A stretch of 64,000 bases of DNA from Escherichia phage MN01. Positions within the stretch are counted from its first letter, which is position 1. Each line of letters opens with the position of its first letter. A model generated the notes under the pieces. The model was not told the DNA's origin and did no database searches. It saw only the letters and a list, made by a program, of their open reading frames with translations. Shown here piece after piece: positions 44,801 to 54,950 of this stretch. A program made the position numbers and the translations under genes. The DNA lies in the sequence record MT129652.1, one strand, 5' to 3'.

Positions 44801-45137
44801 CAAGAACTTCACCGTTATCTGTCATTAGGCGAGATTTTGCTGTGATATCACCATTTGCTGTTACACTTCCGGATGTCGCATAACTACCTGTTTGGGTAAA
44901 AGTACCATTCAGGGCATAATCACCGGTCTGATTGTAATTTCCTTTATGAATAACATTACCATCGATATTACCACCTTTAGCAAAGCCAAGGTCGATAATA
45001 GCTCCAGTGTCGTCTTTAGTAAAAAGTAAGCGGTCTTTCAGGTTGATAGCCAGTTCACCTTCAGCAAGAACTGTTGGCGCCGGACGAACGCCGGCAACCT
45101 TACTTCTTTTAAATTGTATTTGTTTTAAAGTAGCCAT
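41811..45137 (-). CDS. 37: long tail fibre distal subunit gp37 with C-terminal intramolecular chaperone-like domain
   Basis: 1108 aa; N-terminus [13 protein letters not shown] matches T4 gp37; C-terminal about 120 aa resembles self-cleaving chaperone domains. Confidence 0.88.
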   Translation of the reverse strand: MATLKQIQFKRSKVAGVRPAPTVLAEGELAINLKDRLLFTKDDTGAIIDLGFAKGGNIDGNVIHKGNYNQTGDYALNGTFTQTGSYATSGSVTANGDITAKSRLMTDNGEVLVRGTGTTHVRFQDLADARERGIIYSQSRPGTTKQILNVRVQDYTNSTSNIFAFNGDGLFYAPSISSGTSVKSPVIYTNTVDTGNKSALDYDISSLANNNPASSSATAINYLRISRHAVDGIRYRELNNVNGISWHSISTAGTAKYLWSFNADGDVKTSNSLSVGLPGDSSGYSTLGPSAIALGDNNTGLKWKQDGQFHTVNNGAYTLLTTPTEVTSLKQLVAGYSTNGSDLILPTTQNYPLVIVNTTNDKNGFGDGQTLLGYHQSGKYHHYFRGKGVTNVNTDGGLLVTPGNVEVRGGSVNIDGLSTASTVLFKGNTTGSSSVDNMTISVWGNTFTSVDGDRKNVMETSDATGWMHYIQRTTAGKVESYLNGTMNVIEGLTVNQDTSLKRNLYVSNEIKVRAASGLRIWNDKYGVIFRNSEDQLHIIPTNVNAGESGGLGPLRPLSIMLDTGRVKIPNLEADQVYFRGNGALEFPNSNGASYANQNTTKALVYQTLDAATQAFYPITKQKNIDSNITVTQGMDRATSEYRIVAQGDLLGDGDATGLKYWRFTKEGNFMAQNRLYAGTAFMNTDGNIAGSIWNKYSGATNLDAAVNTRVGKGGDTMTGRLTLNVNSDAIVINSAATESGYLKGQKAGIDNWYVGNGGADNAISFYSFQTNSGVNINAGGDIALNPQGSATFNFNRDRLFINGSVWTAHQGGGFGNQWKQEAPVFVDFGNVGNDSYYPIIKGKSGITGEGFISGVDFGMRRITNNWAQGIIRVGNQENGSDPQAIYEFHHNGVLYVPNMVQTGARLSAGGGDPVWTGPCLVIGDNDTGLVHGGDGRINMVANGVHIASWSSSYHIHEGLWDTTGALWTETGRAIISFGHLVQQSDAYSTYVRDVYVRSDIRVKKDLVKFENASQKLSKINGYTYMQKRGLDEEGNQKWEPNAGLIAQEVQAILPELVEGDPDGEALLRLNYNGVIGLNTAAINEHTAEIAELKSEIEELKSLVKSLLK

Positions 45138-45145
45138 AATGCCTC

Positions 45146-45793
45146 TTAATAATATCCAAAATCTTGTACGGAGTCTTTAAGAACGATTTGGTCAAAACGA
45201 GGCACATGGGCCGGGTCTGATGCTGGGTTCCTAGAGAAGAAATTAGGTGCTGACAAGTTACCTGTCATTGTTTGCAATGTACTATTATTTAGTTCCACTT
45301 GTTGTTGGTTGGTTACATTACCAAGACCGACTTGAGCTTTTGATGGAGTGTTCCCTGGAGAAAATACACGACCTGTTTCATCATAAATGTGACGAGCTAA
45401 CGTATCACCCATAACAGTAAGACGTTTTGCTCCTGTCGTAGTGTCAGGGTCAAAAATAACAAATGGTGTTCCTGTTTCAGTCTCAAATCCAAACGGTCCT
45501 TTAATACGGAAAGATGCTGTAAATGGTGCTCCACCTGTTCTCGCTCCCAACTTAATCCCGTAACCATTTGAATCGTTAAATGTCAGGCCTTGTTCGAAAT
45601 ACACATTTGCTTTATAATTACCACCCAGAGCTTTAGAAACAAAATCGTTATCGACTGCTTGTGGCTTGTTATATTCGGAATAAATTTTATAAGTTTTGAA
45701 ATATAAGTCATTGCTGACTGGTGTTAATGGGAAATTACCCTGGTGCCAGAGGACCGAACCTCCGGCTGTTGAGCCTAGTTTTAAATCTGCCAT
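45146..45793 (-). CDS. 36: long tail fibre hinge/distal connector gp36
   Basis: 215 aa (T4 gp36 221), between 35 and 37; TATAAATA upstream. Confidence 0.7.
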   Translation of the reverse strand: MADLKLGSTAGGSVLWHQGNFPLTPVSNDLYFKTYKIYSEYNKPQAVDNDFVSKALGGNYKANVYFEQGLTFNDSNGYGIKLGARTGGAPFTASFRIKGPFGFETETGTPFVIFDPDTTTGAKRLTVMGDTLARHIYDETGRVFSPGNTPSKAQVGLGNVTNQQQVELNNSTLQTMTGNLSAPNFFSRNPASDPAHVPRFDQIVLKDSVQDFGYY

Positions 45794-45828
45794 TTATAAG
45801 TCCTCTTCAACCGGCATATGATATTTTG

Positions 45829-45836
45829 TATTTATA
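45829..45836 (-). promoter_or_regulatory. late promoter (TATAAATA) for gene 36-37-38 transcript
   Basis: Minus-strand TATAAATA between gene 35 terminator and gene 36 start. Confidence 0.5.
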
Positions 45837-45840
45837 ACGA

Positions 45841-45862
45841 AAAAAGGACTCCGAAGAGTCCT
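45841..45862 (-). terminator. rho-independent terminator after gene 35 (minus strand)
   Basis: On minus strand AGGACTC-ttcg-GAGTCCT followed by TTTTT; overlaps gene 35 stop. Confidence 0.6.
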
Positions 45863-46991
45863 ATTGTTTTTCTCGTAGTTCGGCTGCGTATATCTTGCCG
45901 GCTCTCGGAGCTTGTGCATCTGGGAATGTTACAATTGTATTACCTGTATTTGTTGCATCGTTTGCATATGACATCCTTATGCCGTTGACACCAAATTCAG
46001 CTGGTTTGAATGCCGAGTCGCCTCTGGTTATCTCACCAATAACAATATTACGTATTGACCCTGTTCCAGTAGCTACAGTTCTTGATGTTACTACCGTAAA
46101 GCCATCAGCTCCCGCTGGAATCTCGACATATCTTTCGAAACTCGCCCAAGCCCCGGCTGGAACGTTTGCTGCAATATCGATGTTTGTATTTGATATTGGA
46201 GCAGTGCTAGGGCTTTTAAAGAATCGAACCGAAGTCCTTACAGTTCCGGCGGCTTTCAGTTCTGCGTCAAATGACATCTGAAACTTCAAGTAAAGCACAT
46301 CCAAAGGTAAAAGGTTATAGGTATCCATAGGAGTCACCAGGTCCTCTGTGGGAAACCTTTTAATTGTGGTTGGTGTTCCATCACCTGTTGATGAATACGT
46401 GCTCTCGTCTTCCGTTATGCGCACAGGATAGCCTGTTGCCCCTATATCACTAAAGGTATCATAAACGACTTCAAGCGGAGTCGAAACATCCTCAACTAAC
46501 TTCCCGTCATTATACTTAACATGCTCCGAAACAATTACGTTCCTGCCGGTTATGTAAAAAGCCGAGTACGATGTATCAACTTTATCAATCAACCATTTCT
46601 CTGGGAATGCTCTTGAACCACATTTACGGAACCAGTCAATTAATGTCTGTGATGCATTTAGTTTCCCAGAAGAAATAAAAGCAATCAATCTTCCAGCTGG
46701 TACAGATTCCACAAAGGTGATTAATGCCTGACTGATTACATCGTGTGAGCTAGTTAATGAATAGTTTTTTGTGTTAACAATTTTATTCGTAGTTGTATCA
46801 ATTTCTAATAGAGTCAAACCATTACCAAAAGTAGTTGGTCCGATTCGTTCATCCTGGAATTTGATATACGATTTCACCGTGGAAAGAGTACAGCTCCCTG
46901 CTATACTCATTTTAAATTTAACGGCATTATTTTCTGATATAACTGGCGTTTGGACATATCCTTGTCCAAACTCTGCCATAAATTTTTCCAT
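45861..46991 (-). CDS. 35: long tail fibre hinge gp35
   Basis: 376 aa (T4 gp35 372), between 34 and 36. Confidence 0.7.
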   Translation of the reverse strand: MEKFMAEFGQGYVQTPVISENNAVKFKMSIAGSCTLSTVKSYIKFQDERIGPTTFGNGLTLLEIDTTTNKIVNTKNYSLTSSHDVISQALITFVESVPAGRLIAFISSGKLNASQTLIDWFRKCGSRAFPEKWLIDKVDTSYSAFYITGRNVIVSEHVKYNDGKLVEDVSTPLEVVYDTFSDIGATGYPVRITEDESTYSSTGDGTPTTIKRFPTEDLVTPMDTYNLLPLDVLYLKFQMSFDAELKAAGTVRTSVRFFKSPSTAPISNTNIDIAANVPAGAWASFERYVEIPAGADGFTVVTSRTVATGTGSIRNIVIGEITRGDSAFKPAEFGVNGIRMSYANDATNTGNTIVTFPDAQAPRAGKIYAAELREKQ

Positions 46992-46999
46992 ATTACCTC

Positions 47000-49900
47000 T
47001 TATTCAATCCATTCAAACTTAACGGATTTAGTGGTCGGGTCTGGGATGATACGTACGTTACCGATACGTAACCAATCGAGAATGGTTAAGTTCCCCATCG
47101 TTGTGTTGTCAGCCGGTAATGCACCAACATCCTCTGCAGACGGAGGGTTATCCGCGGTGTAAACCATTGCGAAAGTCGTCCATGCGGATTTATTTTTCTG
47201 CCATGTACGAGTATAACGAATAGTACCACCGTTCAATCCAGTTGGATAGCAAACCCAATCTTGATAACATGAATCCAGCGTATTACCAAACTGAGTCAAT
47301 GTACCAGGATATTTAATTTGTTTGTCACGAACTGAATAGTCAAACCATGTTCCGCGTAGTTTCTGTCCAGAGCTACCTAATACTTCATCACCAAGTGTAC
47401 CATCATCATTACGATAACGAATAGCAGGCGAGGCGAAAGTTCCGTTTTCAGTTAACCAACCAGAAGCATTCCAAACTTCATCAGTTACCCCAGCAGGTTT
47501 AGTTTGAACCGTATCAATGTTTACTTGACGTTTTAACTTCATTGTCCAATAACCAGGGAACTGGCTATAAGTCGCTTCATCATTGATATCGACAGACCAG
47601 AAGCCAACAGTATCAGCAGTCGGAGCTTGTGCAATAAGACTCGGTTTCGTACCAAATACACGGACCGGAGCATTCACACGGAGTACACCAGACATTGTAT
47701 CACCAGCCTGGTTAACAAAGTTTCTATCAACAATTTCTACTGCGTTTTTCTCGGTCAGAACTTTAAATGCACCGCCACCATTTGCTATGATATTGCCAGC
47801 ATCAAGAGTTTTGAGCACTAAATTCTGTGAGTTATCACCCAGAGACAAAGTTGCGCCAGAAGCTTCACCTGTTGTGGTTGCAATAGTACGACCATTTAGA
47901 ACGTAATTATTTTTGGCTTGAACATCGTTTCCGGCGCTGAGGTTGTTCAATACAGCAACATTACCCGAGGCGGTGTTTAATGTCAATACGTTAGTCGTAT
48001 CGCCGATAGTCATTGTCGTTCCAGTGGAAGGAGCAGTGATTTTCCACTTGTTAGTTCCGTTAACAACATTCACAGTCCCGAACGTCGAAGTGCCAGCCGT
48101 TACATCAGTAAACACTGCAGTGCTCGTCGATACAACCGGAGCAGAGATATTTGTCTGTTTAGTGAGAGTTAATGCACCTTCAACAGTCTGGGCAATATCA
48201 CGACGAATAAATTGGGTCGAATCGAGACTATCAAGTTTTTCAGCATTAACAGCCATCGCATTTATCGGTAAGAAGTTTTGCAATACGCGGTTTAATTCGT
48301 AAGGCGAAACTGCATATCCAGATTTTGCATAGCTAACCAGTTTACTTGGGTCCGGAGTATACACACCATTTGCATATGTAAATCCTGCACCTGTCGTTGT
48401 AGTTGCGGCCGAAGTAGCTGCACCAGAAGATAAACGAACAAATCCTCGCAGTGTTTCAGATGATTCCCAGGTGGTTTCCGTTTGTGCAATATATTTCAGC
48501 GCAGACGGACTAATGGCCAAGACTTTTGATGTACCAGCGGTTGCTTCGGCGTTTGTCGCAATGCGAACAATACCTTCGGCATTTTCAGTAGCTTTTTTCG
48601 ACATCAATTTAAGCGGGGTAACGATTGTTTTATCGTCAGTGCCGGTATTGACTTCGCCCTGAGTTGCTAATCTTGCTGTACCACGTTGAGTCTCATTTGC
48701 TTCAAGAATATTCAGGCTATAATGGTCCCAGAGCGTCCCTGTTTCTACTAAACCACTTAATGCATTAACAGAAGTACGAGCAGTATTATTAAATCTATTT
48801 TTAATTTTTAATGGAGTTGAGATACGAGTATCATCAGTTCCAGTATCAAATTCTGATTGCGTAGCAATCTCGGCTATGCCGGATAATGTTTCTGATGCTT
48901 TACGGTCATTTAACGTTTTAGGAGTTACAGCTCTGGTATAATCAGTTCCTGCATTTGTTTCCGCCTGAGTAGCAATCTCGATTAAACCAATACGGGAATC
49001 AAGAGCAGTTTTGCGATGCAACATTTCTGGAGTAACGACTGCGTTTGCCCAGTCAGATTGAGAAGTACCGGCGATTACTTCACTTTCAACCGCAAGAATA
49101 ACCGCGCCTTGCTGAGTGTAAGTAGCTTTGTACTGGTCAAGAGCTTTCGGAGAAACAACCAGATTAACCGTATTTTTATTATAAACGTTTGTACCATTTA
49201 ATTCACGCGAAGCAGCAGGAGTTGCACCAGTCGTTGAAACGTAAGTTACAATGCCGGATAGCGATTCTGAACCCTGACGAGCTTGCAGTTTCTTTGGAGT
49301 TATAATTGTGGTATCATCTACACCTGCATCAGTTTCTTGCTGTGTGGCGAGTTCTGCGAGCCCACGTCTCGTTTCTGTTGCCGTACGTTCATTGAGTTTT
49401 TTCGGAGAAATAATTACATCATCAACAAATGCAAAATCACTGTTCTGATTTACTTGGGCAGTCGTTGCGATTCTGGCAATGCCTCGTTGGTTCTCTTTAG
49501 CAACACGGTTGGCTAAAGTCTGAGGGGTAATTGCGAGTTCTTTCTCTGGGTTATTTTCATGGTCAACGTTTGCCTGAGTCTGGTTTGCCAGAGCAATAAC
49601 ACCAAGACGTGCACGCGTGGAATCATTTAATGAGTCAACTCGTTCGACAGTCGGAACGTTCTGAGCGACAACCCAATAACTTTTTCCAGATACTTTATCT
49701 TCTGCATATGACAATTCAATAACCGGAGTATAACTGATATTACCGTTAAAGGTCAATGAATCAACCAACACCCAAGTTGTATCCGGTGGATACTCGGAAC
49801 GTTTAGGGAATTGCAGTAATTTAATGTCAGATGCAATCTTATCGCCAACAGCAGCTCTTATATTAACAGTCTGTGATTTACGGAGATAGTTCAGTGCAAT

Positions 49901-50956
49901 CTTAACGATGTCACCTTGTAAAACATCAGTTGGTAAATCGATATTAATCGTTGCCGGAGTTGAGTTATCTTCGCCAAATACAATGATGCTTTCGTTTGGT
50001 AAAAGTTTAACACTATCGCGAATAATACGCAGACGAGTTTTATTATCACCGTCCCAGACATGCCAGAGTTTTTCTGCAGCATTATAAACGAAGAAACCAT
50101 CACCTGTGGTACGGAATTCCATTTGATGCTGACCAGCTTTACCAAGACTGGAACTGGTGTCAAAGGTTTCAACCATCAGGTGGAACGTTGGCCCCATGCC
50201 ATCGATATCAACAGATTTGACAATATCACCCTGGTTTGCATACTTAGGAAGAATGAAAGTAATCGGTGCACCAGTTGTATAACGACGCATAATAAAGTCG
50301 CCAGCTTGTGCATGGAAACGTCCGGTCGACGGTTCTATTCTGATACCACGTTCTTCGTTACCTGCTTCCCAAAATTGCCATAAGCGGTTTGAAAAGATAA
50401 GCATGTTATAAGAGAACGGTTTGGTAATTAAAACTTCTGAATACTGATTACCAAAGCGAACAATCTTTTGGTTACCTGCCCCTGGTACGTTGCTTGACTG
50501 GATTTTAATTTCATTATAACCAACGTTCCCACCAATATCTTTAATAACGATGGTATCGCCGTCAACCGGGTTTGCAGGCAATGTAAATGTGGTAAAGCTT
50601 GCAGCTGAGTCGACTGCGATAAATTCCCCCGAGTTAAGCTGACGGGTTGGAGATGCAACAGTTTCCCATTTAGGGTCAGTACGAGTTGCCAACCAATACT
50701 GAGGCGTAAATGCTCCAGCAGGGGCCGGAATATCACGTTGAGCAACCCAAATACGGTTATCATTAATAACTGCAAAGTTCTTTTTGTATCCGCGTGTTGC
50801 ATCATATTGTTGAACTGTGTTTTCTTCTATAAAGAAACCTACGTTAACGCCGTCTGATAAAACTGAGTAATCAGCTTTTGCGACATTAATGACTTTCTCA
50901 CCAGCAGCATCGAGACCGGATGTTGCTCTGAATGCTGGTTTTAAAATATCGGCCAT
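47000..50956 (-). CDS. 34: long tail fibre proximal subunit gp34
   Basis: 1318 aa; N-terminus (GLDAxGxKxINVA, IxENTVQQYDxTRGY) matches recalled T4 gp34; internal repeats. Confidence 0.88.
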   Translation of the reverse strand: MADILKPAFRATSGLDAAGEKVINVAKADYSVLSDGVNVGFFIEENTVQQYDATRGYKKNFAVINDNRIWVAQRDIPAPAGAFTPQYWLATRTDPKWETVASPTRQLNSGEFIAVDSAASFTTFTLPANPVDGDTIVIKDIGGNVGYNEIKIQSSNVPGAGNQKIVRFGNQYSEVLITKPFSYNMLIFSNRLWQFWEAGNEERGIRIEPSTGRFHAQAGDFIMRRYTTGAPITFILPKYANQGDIVKSVDIDGMGPTFHLMVETFDTSSSLGKAGQHQMEFRTTGDGFFVYNAAEKLWHVWDGDNKTRLRIIRDSVKLLPNESIIVFGEDNSTPATINIDLPTDVLQGDIVKIALNYLRKSQTVNIRAAVGDKIASDIKLLQFPKRSEYPPDTTWVLVDSLTFNGNISYTPVIELSYAEDKVSGKSYWVVAQNVPTVERVDSLNDSTRARLGVIALANQTQANVDHENNPEKELAITPQTLANRVAKENQRGIARIATTAQVNQNSDFAFVDDVIISPKKLNERTATETRRGLAELATQQETDAGVDDTTIITPKKLQARQGSESLSGIVTYVSTTGATPAASRELNGTNVYNKNTVNLVVSPKALDQYKATYTQQGAVILAVESEVIAGTSQSDWANAVVTPEMLHRKTALDSRIGLIEIATQAETNAGTDYTRAVTPKTLNDRKASETLSGIAEIATQSEFDTGTDDTRISTPLKIKNRFNNTARTSVNALSGLVETGTLWDHYSLNILEANETQRGTARLATQGEVNTGTDDKTIVTPLKLMSKKATENAEGIVRIATNAEATAGTSKVLAISPSALKYIAQTETTWESSETLRGFVRLSSGAATSAATTTTGAGFTYANGVYTPDPSKLVSYAKSGYAVSPYELNRVLQNFLPINAMAVNAEKLDSLDSTQFIRRDIAQTVEGALTLTKQTNISAPVVSTSTAVFTDVTAGTSTFGTVNVVNGTNKWKITAPSTGTTMTIGDTTNVLTLNTASGNVAVLNNLSAGNDVQAKNNYVLNGRTIATTTGEASGATLSLGDNSQNLVLKTLDAGNIIANGGGAFKVLTEKNAVEIVDRNFVNQAGDTMSGVLRVNAPVRVFGTKPSLIAQAPTADTVGFWSVDINDEATYSQFPGYWTMKLKRQVNIDTVQTKPAGVTDEVWNASGWLTENGTFASPAIRYRNDDGTLGDEVLGSSGQKLRGTWFDYSVRDKQIKYPGTLTQFGNTLDSCYQDWVCYPTGLNGGTIRYTRTWQKNKSAWTTFAMVYTADNPPSAEDVGALPADNTTMGNLTILDWLRIGNVRIIPDPTTKSVKFEWIE

Positions 50957-50987
50957 GTGCTTTATCCTTATTGATTTGGTATATGTG

Positions 50988-50995
50988 TATTTATA
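50988..50995 (-). promoter_or_regulatory. late promoter (TATAAATA) for gene 34-35
   Basis: Minus-strand TATAAATA about 32 bp upstream of gene 34 ATG. Confidence 0.5.
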
Positions 50996-51024
50996 TTGCT
51001 TTAAAAATTTTATGCTAATATAAT
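50996..51024 (+). promoter_or_regulatory. sigma70/middle-type promoter for rnh
   Basis: TTGCTTTAA, 17 bp, TATAAT upstream of rnh; divergent from gene 34 late promoter. Confidence 0.4.
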
Positions 51025-51052
51025 CGAGTCAACTAATTGAACAGAGGTTCAT

Positions 51053-51997
51053 ATGAATTTAGATTTTTTACTCCCTGAAGAAGACCGTCAAAAAGATGGT
51101 TTTCAGTTACTCGATTTTAGTCAGCTCATCATGGCTGCCGCCTTCCAGGAATTCGGCAAAGACGCAGGCTTTCCGAAAGTAACAACTGCAATGACCAGAC
51201 ACCTGGTTCTGAACTCCATCCGAAAAAATATTGTGCAGTTCAAAAAGCTCGGTTATACGATTCCGATTATTTGTGTTGATAACTCGAAGAACGGTTATTG
51301 GCGCCGGACGAAATCTTATTATTATAAGAAAAACCGTGCGAAAGCTCGTGAAGAGTCTCAATTCGATTGGGAAGGTCTACATGCTGCCATGCACATCATC
51401 ATCGATGAAATGGAAAAATACATGCCTTACATCGTGATGAATATGGATAAAGTTGAGGCTGATGACCATATTGCAGTATTAACGAAGTTGCTCACTGGTC
51501 TAGGACATCCGGTTATGATTGTTTCTTCGGATGGTGACTTTACGCAGTTGCATAAATTCCCTGGGGTGAAACAATGGTCCCCGATGCAGAAAAAATATGT
51601 CAAAACTAAATCAGGCGATGCCCTTATGGATTGCGTGACAAAGGTTGTTAAAGGTGACAAAAAAGATAACGTGTCAAGCATCAAAGTTCGTGGCGATTTT
51701 TATTACACTCATGAAGAAGGTGAACGTACTCCGGCGACCCGTGCTGCTGAGCTTGAACAAATTGCGCTCAATTATTACGACCATGACGTTTTGAAAACGC
51801 TTTTAACAGAAGAGCAATATAATAGATTCTGTGAAAACCAATTACTGATTGATATGGACTTTATCCCAACGGAAATATCCGCTTCAATCTTAGAACGATA
51901 TAATAACTACGTTATCCCAGCCAAAAGTAAAGTTTATCCTTACTTTGTTAAGTCTGGTCTGTCTAAACTAACTGCAAATATTGCTGAATTTTATTAA
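51053..51997 (+). CDS. rnh: RNase H / 5-prime to 3-prime flap exonuclease
   Basis: 314 aa; GYWRR, YYKKNRxKAREES, SSDGDFTQLHK match recalled T4 RNase H. Confidence 0.9.
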   Translation: MNLDFLLPEEDRQKDGFQLLDFSQLIMAAAFQEFGKDAGFPKVTTAMTRHLVLNSIRKNIVQFKKLGYTIPIICVDNSKNGYWRRTKSYYYKKNRAKAREESQFDWEGLHAAMHIIIDEMEKYMPYIVMNMDKVEADDHIAVLTKLLTGLGHPVMIVSSDGDFTQLHKFPGVKQWSPMQKKYVKTKSGDALMDCVTKVVKGDKKDNVSSIKVRGDFYYTHEEGERTPATRAAELEQIALNYYDHDVLKTLLTEEQYNRFCENQLLIDMDFIPTEISASILERYNNYVIPAKSKVYPYFVKSGLSKLTANIAEFY

Positions 51998-52005
51998 GGT
52001 ATATT

Positions 52006-52275
52006 ATGAAAGAGAAAAAAGTGAAAGTTGAATTTTGTCCTGATACTCATGGCGCTGAACTGGCCAAGCTGATTAAAGCTGCTTCCGATACCAAATTAAA
52101 AATGGAAGCATATGCAGACGAAATTAAAGACCTTAAAGATAAGGCAAAAACTGAATTAGGCGTTGACGGTAAGATGTTCAATACACAGCTCGGGCTGTAT
52201 CATAAAGGCACTCGTGAACGTTTTGAAGATGAAAAAACCGAAGCTGTGGAGCTCTATGATGTCCTCTTTAGTTAA
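52006..52275 (+). CDS. dsbA: dsDNA-binding protein DsbA (late transcription enhancer)
   Basis: 89 aa as T4 DsbA; between rnh and 33. Confidence 0.55.
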   Translation: MKEKKVKVEFCPDTHGAELAKLIKAASDTKLKMEAYADEIKDLKDKAKTELGVDGKMFNTQLGLYHKGTRERFEDEKTEAVELYDVLFS

Positions 52276-52549
52276 TTTCGATACACAGAAAACTGAATCG
52301 CCTTCCGGGGCGATTAGTAAGCAGCAAAACGGGCTTGATATTGAAGCCATGGTTGAGTCAACTGAAATGTCTTATCTGGAAGCTGCGACTGCCTGGTTGG
52401 AAGAACGTGGAATTCCTGAAGGTAATTTTGCGCGATACATTCCCGCGGGAATTGTTGATAAGATTATGAATGAAGCATATGATGATAACCTGCTTCGCCC
52501 AAGTATGTCTCGTACACAGAAAACTAATACGCTGGACTTTTTGTTATGA
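52256..52549 (+). CDS. 33: late transcription co-activator gp33
   Basis: Between dsbA and 59; start after SD GGAG chosen (track ORF 52163 is longer); acidic C-terminus. Confidence 0.5.
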   Translation: MMSSLVNFDTQKTESPSGAISKQQNGLDIEAMVESTEMSYLEAATAWLEERGIPEGNFARYIPAGIVDKIMNEAYDDNLLRPSMSRTQKTNTLDFLL

Positions 52550-53214
52550 TTACGATTCGCATGCCTCCAAATAACAACCGATACATAAATGGTAAATCAG
52601 TATATCAACTGTACTTATCCATCAAACAGCATTTTTCGGGTCGTTATGATATTATCAAATATAACTGGACCATGCGAATCTCCGATAGTGCTTATCAAAA
52701 ACGTCGCGATAAGTATTTTTTCGAAAAGCTTAGCGATAAGTACACTCTCAAAGAATTAACATTAATATTCATGTCAAACCTGGTCGCGAACCAGGATGCA
52801 TGGATAGGTGATATAAGTGATGCTGATGCTCTGATATTTTATCGAGAATACATTGGCAGACTTAAAAGAATTAAACAAGTATACGAAGATGATATAAAGA
52901 ATATCTATTACTTCAGTAAGAAAGTCGAAGTCAAATCGCTTCAAGAGATTTTCGAGTATAATACTAAAGTAAACACAAGTTATATTTTCAAACTTCTCCA
53001 ATCGAATGTTATCTCATTTGAAACGTTTTGTTTGCTTGATTCATTTTTAGGTATTATAAATAAACATGATGAACAGACCAACGACTTGGTTTGGGAAAAG
53101 TATTCAACCAAACTAAATGCCTATAAGAAAATCTTAAATATCGATTCTCTTGAAGCTCGTAAATTGTTCATCGAGACCGTTAAAAACTGTCAAATAACGC
53201 TTCAAGCACTTTGA
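52546..53214 (+). CDS. 59: helicase loader gp59
   Basis: 222 aa; long identities to recalled T4 gp59 (DIIKYNW, LVANQDAWIGDISDADAL, YYFSKKVEV). Confidence 0.9.
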   Translation: MITIRMPPNNNRYINGKSVYQLYLSIKQHFSGRYDIIKYNWTMRISDSAYQKRRDKYFFEKLSDKYTLKELTLIFMSNLVANQDAWIGDISDADALIFYREYIGRLKRIKQVYEDDIKNIYYFSKKVEVKSLQEIFEYNTKVNTSYIFKLLQSNVISFETFCLLDSFLGIINKHDEQTNDLVWEKYSTKLNAYKKILNIDSLEARKLFIETVKNCQITLQAL

Positions 53215-53274
53215 AGTATAATTAATACGTAATCAAAACAACTGCTAAAAATCAAATAATCTAAGGAAAATCAT
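53215..53274 (+). promoter_or_regulatory. gene 32 AU-rich leader (putative autoregulatory translational operator)
   Basis: Long A/U-rich unstructured leader upstream of gene 32; T4 gp32 autoregulates via such a leader. Confidence 0.3.
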
Positions 53275-54186
53275 ATGTCTATGTTTAAACGTAAAAACCC
53301 TGCTGACCTGGCCGCTTCCCTTAACGCTCTGAAAGGCGGTTCTGGTTTCTCTTCTGACGATAAAAAAGAATGGAAACTGAAAGATACTGATGGCGTCGGC
53401 TCTGCGGTTATTCGTTTCCTGCCTTCCAAGAATGAAGAAAATCCATCTCCGTTCATCAAGCTCGTTAACCATGGCTTTAAAAATGCTGGTCAATGGTATA
53501 TTGAAAACTGTACTTCTACTCACGGCGATTATGAAAACTGCCCTGTGTGTGCGTACATGAATAAGAATGACCTGTACAACACAAACGAATCCGAATATCG
53601 TAAACTGAAGCGTAATACTTCTTACTGGGCTAACATCCTGGTCATTAAAGACCCTGCTGTTCCGTCTAACGAAGGTCAAGTATTCAAATATCGCTTCGGC
53701 AAGAAAATCATGGACAAAATTAACCAGATGGTTGAAGTCGATGTTGACATGGGCGAAACAGCTATTGATGTAACTTGTCCTTTTGAAGGTGCAAACTTTG
53801 TACTGAAATCTAAACTGGTTTCCGGTTATAAAAACTACGATGATTCCAAATTCATGAACCAGTCTGAAATCGCTGGTATCAATGATGAAGCATTCCAGAA
53901 AAAACTTTGGGACGAAATGTCTGACCTGAATGAATTGCTGGTGTTTAAATCCCTTGAAGAGAATCAGAAGAAATTCTCTAAAGTAATGGGTACAGCTGCT
54001 CTCGGTGGTGCTGCTTCTAAAGCCGCTGCACAAGCTGATAAACTGGGCGCTGACCTGGACGATTTCGATAAAGATATGGAAGACTTCACTTCCAGCAAAC
54101 CTGCTAAGTCTGAACGCACTGCGACTGCTCCAAGCACTCCAGAGCCTTCCGATGATGGTCTTGACGACCTGCTGGCTGGCCTTTAA
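53275..54186 (+). CDS. 32: ssDNA-binding protein gp32
   Basis: 303 aa; [17 protein letters not shown], acidic C-terminus DDLLxxL as in T4 gp32. Confidence 0.93.
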   Translation: MSMFKRKNPADLAASLNALKGGSGFSSDDKKEWKLKDTDGVGSAVIRFLPSKNEENPSPFIKLVNHGFKNAGQWYIENCTSTHGDYENCPVCAYMNKNDLYNTNESEYRKLKRNTSYWANILVIKDPAVPSNEGQVFKYRFGKKIMDKINQMVEVDVDMGETAIDVTCPFEGANFVLKSKLVSGYKNYDDSKFMNQSEIAGINDEAFQKKLWDEMSDLNELLVFKSLEENQKKFSKVMGTAALGGAASKAAAQADKLGADLDDFDKDMEDFTSSKPAKSERTATAPSTPEPSDDGLDDLLAGL

Positions 54187-54191
54187 TATAA

Positions 54192-54215
54192 GGGGACCTT
54201 CGGGTCCCTTTTTTA
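54192..54215 (+). terminator. rho-independent terminator after gene 32
   Basis: GGGGACC-ttcg-GGTCCC then TTTTTT. Confidence 0.7.
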
Positions 54216-54229
54216 TTTTCAAAAAGTAG

Positions 54230-54258
54230 TGTACAAGTCCTTTGAGCTAAGGCATAAT
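54230..54258 (+). promoter_or_regulatory. early promoter cassette
   Basis: AAAAGTAGTGTACA, 17 bp, CATAAT; leader CCATCAACTACTGA. Confidence 0.55.
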
Positions 54259-54296
54259 GATTCCATCAACTACTGATAACAACTGAGGAAATAAAA

Positions 54297-54659
54297 ATGG
54301 AAATCGGCAAAAAATATGAGTTCAATCCACATCGTATTAAATCTTTCATTGATATTAGTTCATCGAATGCCAGTATGGTTGACATCATCCAAGAAAATGG
54401 CGGTTGGTTTGAAGTTAAATCAATATCAAGTGCAGACGGATATGATTATGTAACCGAAATCATTTGTGCTAATGGTGCAATCTATAATGATGATGGCATG
54501 GGTGATGATTATTTTGAACTTAGTGAAGAAGAGTTTTATTGCTTCCGCGAATACTCTAATTATGCAAAAACACCTTCAGGGGCGGTTTCTATTAATTGTG
54601 TTGTGGATGCTAATAACGTTGACCAAATCATTGAACTTTTGCAAAAAGCTTTCAAATAG
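54297..54659 (+). CDS. hypothetical protein (paralog family B)
   Basis: 120 aa; paralog of 55010..55372 (DDYFELSEEEF, C-terminal LLQKAFK). Confidence 0.55.
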   Translation: MEIGKKYEFNPHRIKSFIDISSSNASMVDIIQENGGWFEVKSISSADGYDYVTEIICANGAIYNDDGMGDDYFELSEEEFYCFREYSNYAKTPSGAVSINCVVDANNVDQIIELLQKAFK

Positions 54660-54662
54660 CAG

Positions 54663-54697
54663 TTTACAACGGGTCTATGGTTGAGATACTATAGACC
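54663..54697 (+). promoter_or_regulatory. early promoter cassette with inverted repeat
   Basis: GTTTACA -35; GGTCTAT...ATAGACC over -10 region; leader CTATCAACTACATGAGGAA. Confidence 0.4.
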
Positions 54698-54721
54698 TAT
54701 CAACTACATGAGGAAAATAAA

Positions 54722-54949
54722 ATGGCTAAGGTTAATATTGATATCGTTGATTTTGAATACACTTACGAAGTTATTCGTAATCGGTATCCTTCTTTGTGTA
54801 TGACTTACATTAAAGATACTGAAGTCTTTGGTATTCAAATTGAAGTCCAAGGTCCTCTTGAAGATATTACCCGCTTTATGCAAAATGAATATTGTGACGG
54901 TATGTATCCAGAAGACACTAAATTTTATATGAATTTGATTGAAGCTTAA
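54722..54949 (+). CDS. hypothetical protein
   Basis: 75 aa; promoter cassette upstream. Confidence 0.5.
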   Translation: MAKVNIDIVDFEYTYEVIRNRYPSLCMTYIKDTEVFGIQIEVQGPLEDITRFMQNEYCDGMYPEDTKFYMNLIEA

Positions 54950-54950
54950 G

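Noticed and set aside
53055-53062. TATAAATA motif inside the gene 59 coding region, about 210 bp upstream of gene 32
   Set aside because: Could be a late promoter for gene 32, but it is intragenic and isolated; a chance occurrence in AT-rich sequence is equally likely.
53245-54222. 325-aa minus-strand ORF inside gene 32
   Set aside because: Antisense to gp32, which matches T4 almost residue-for-residue; no start context.
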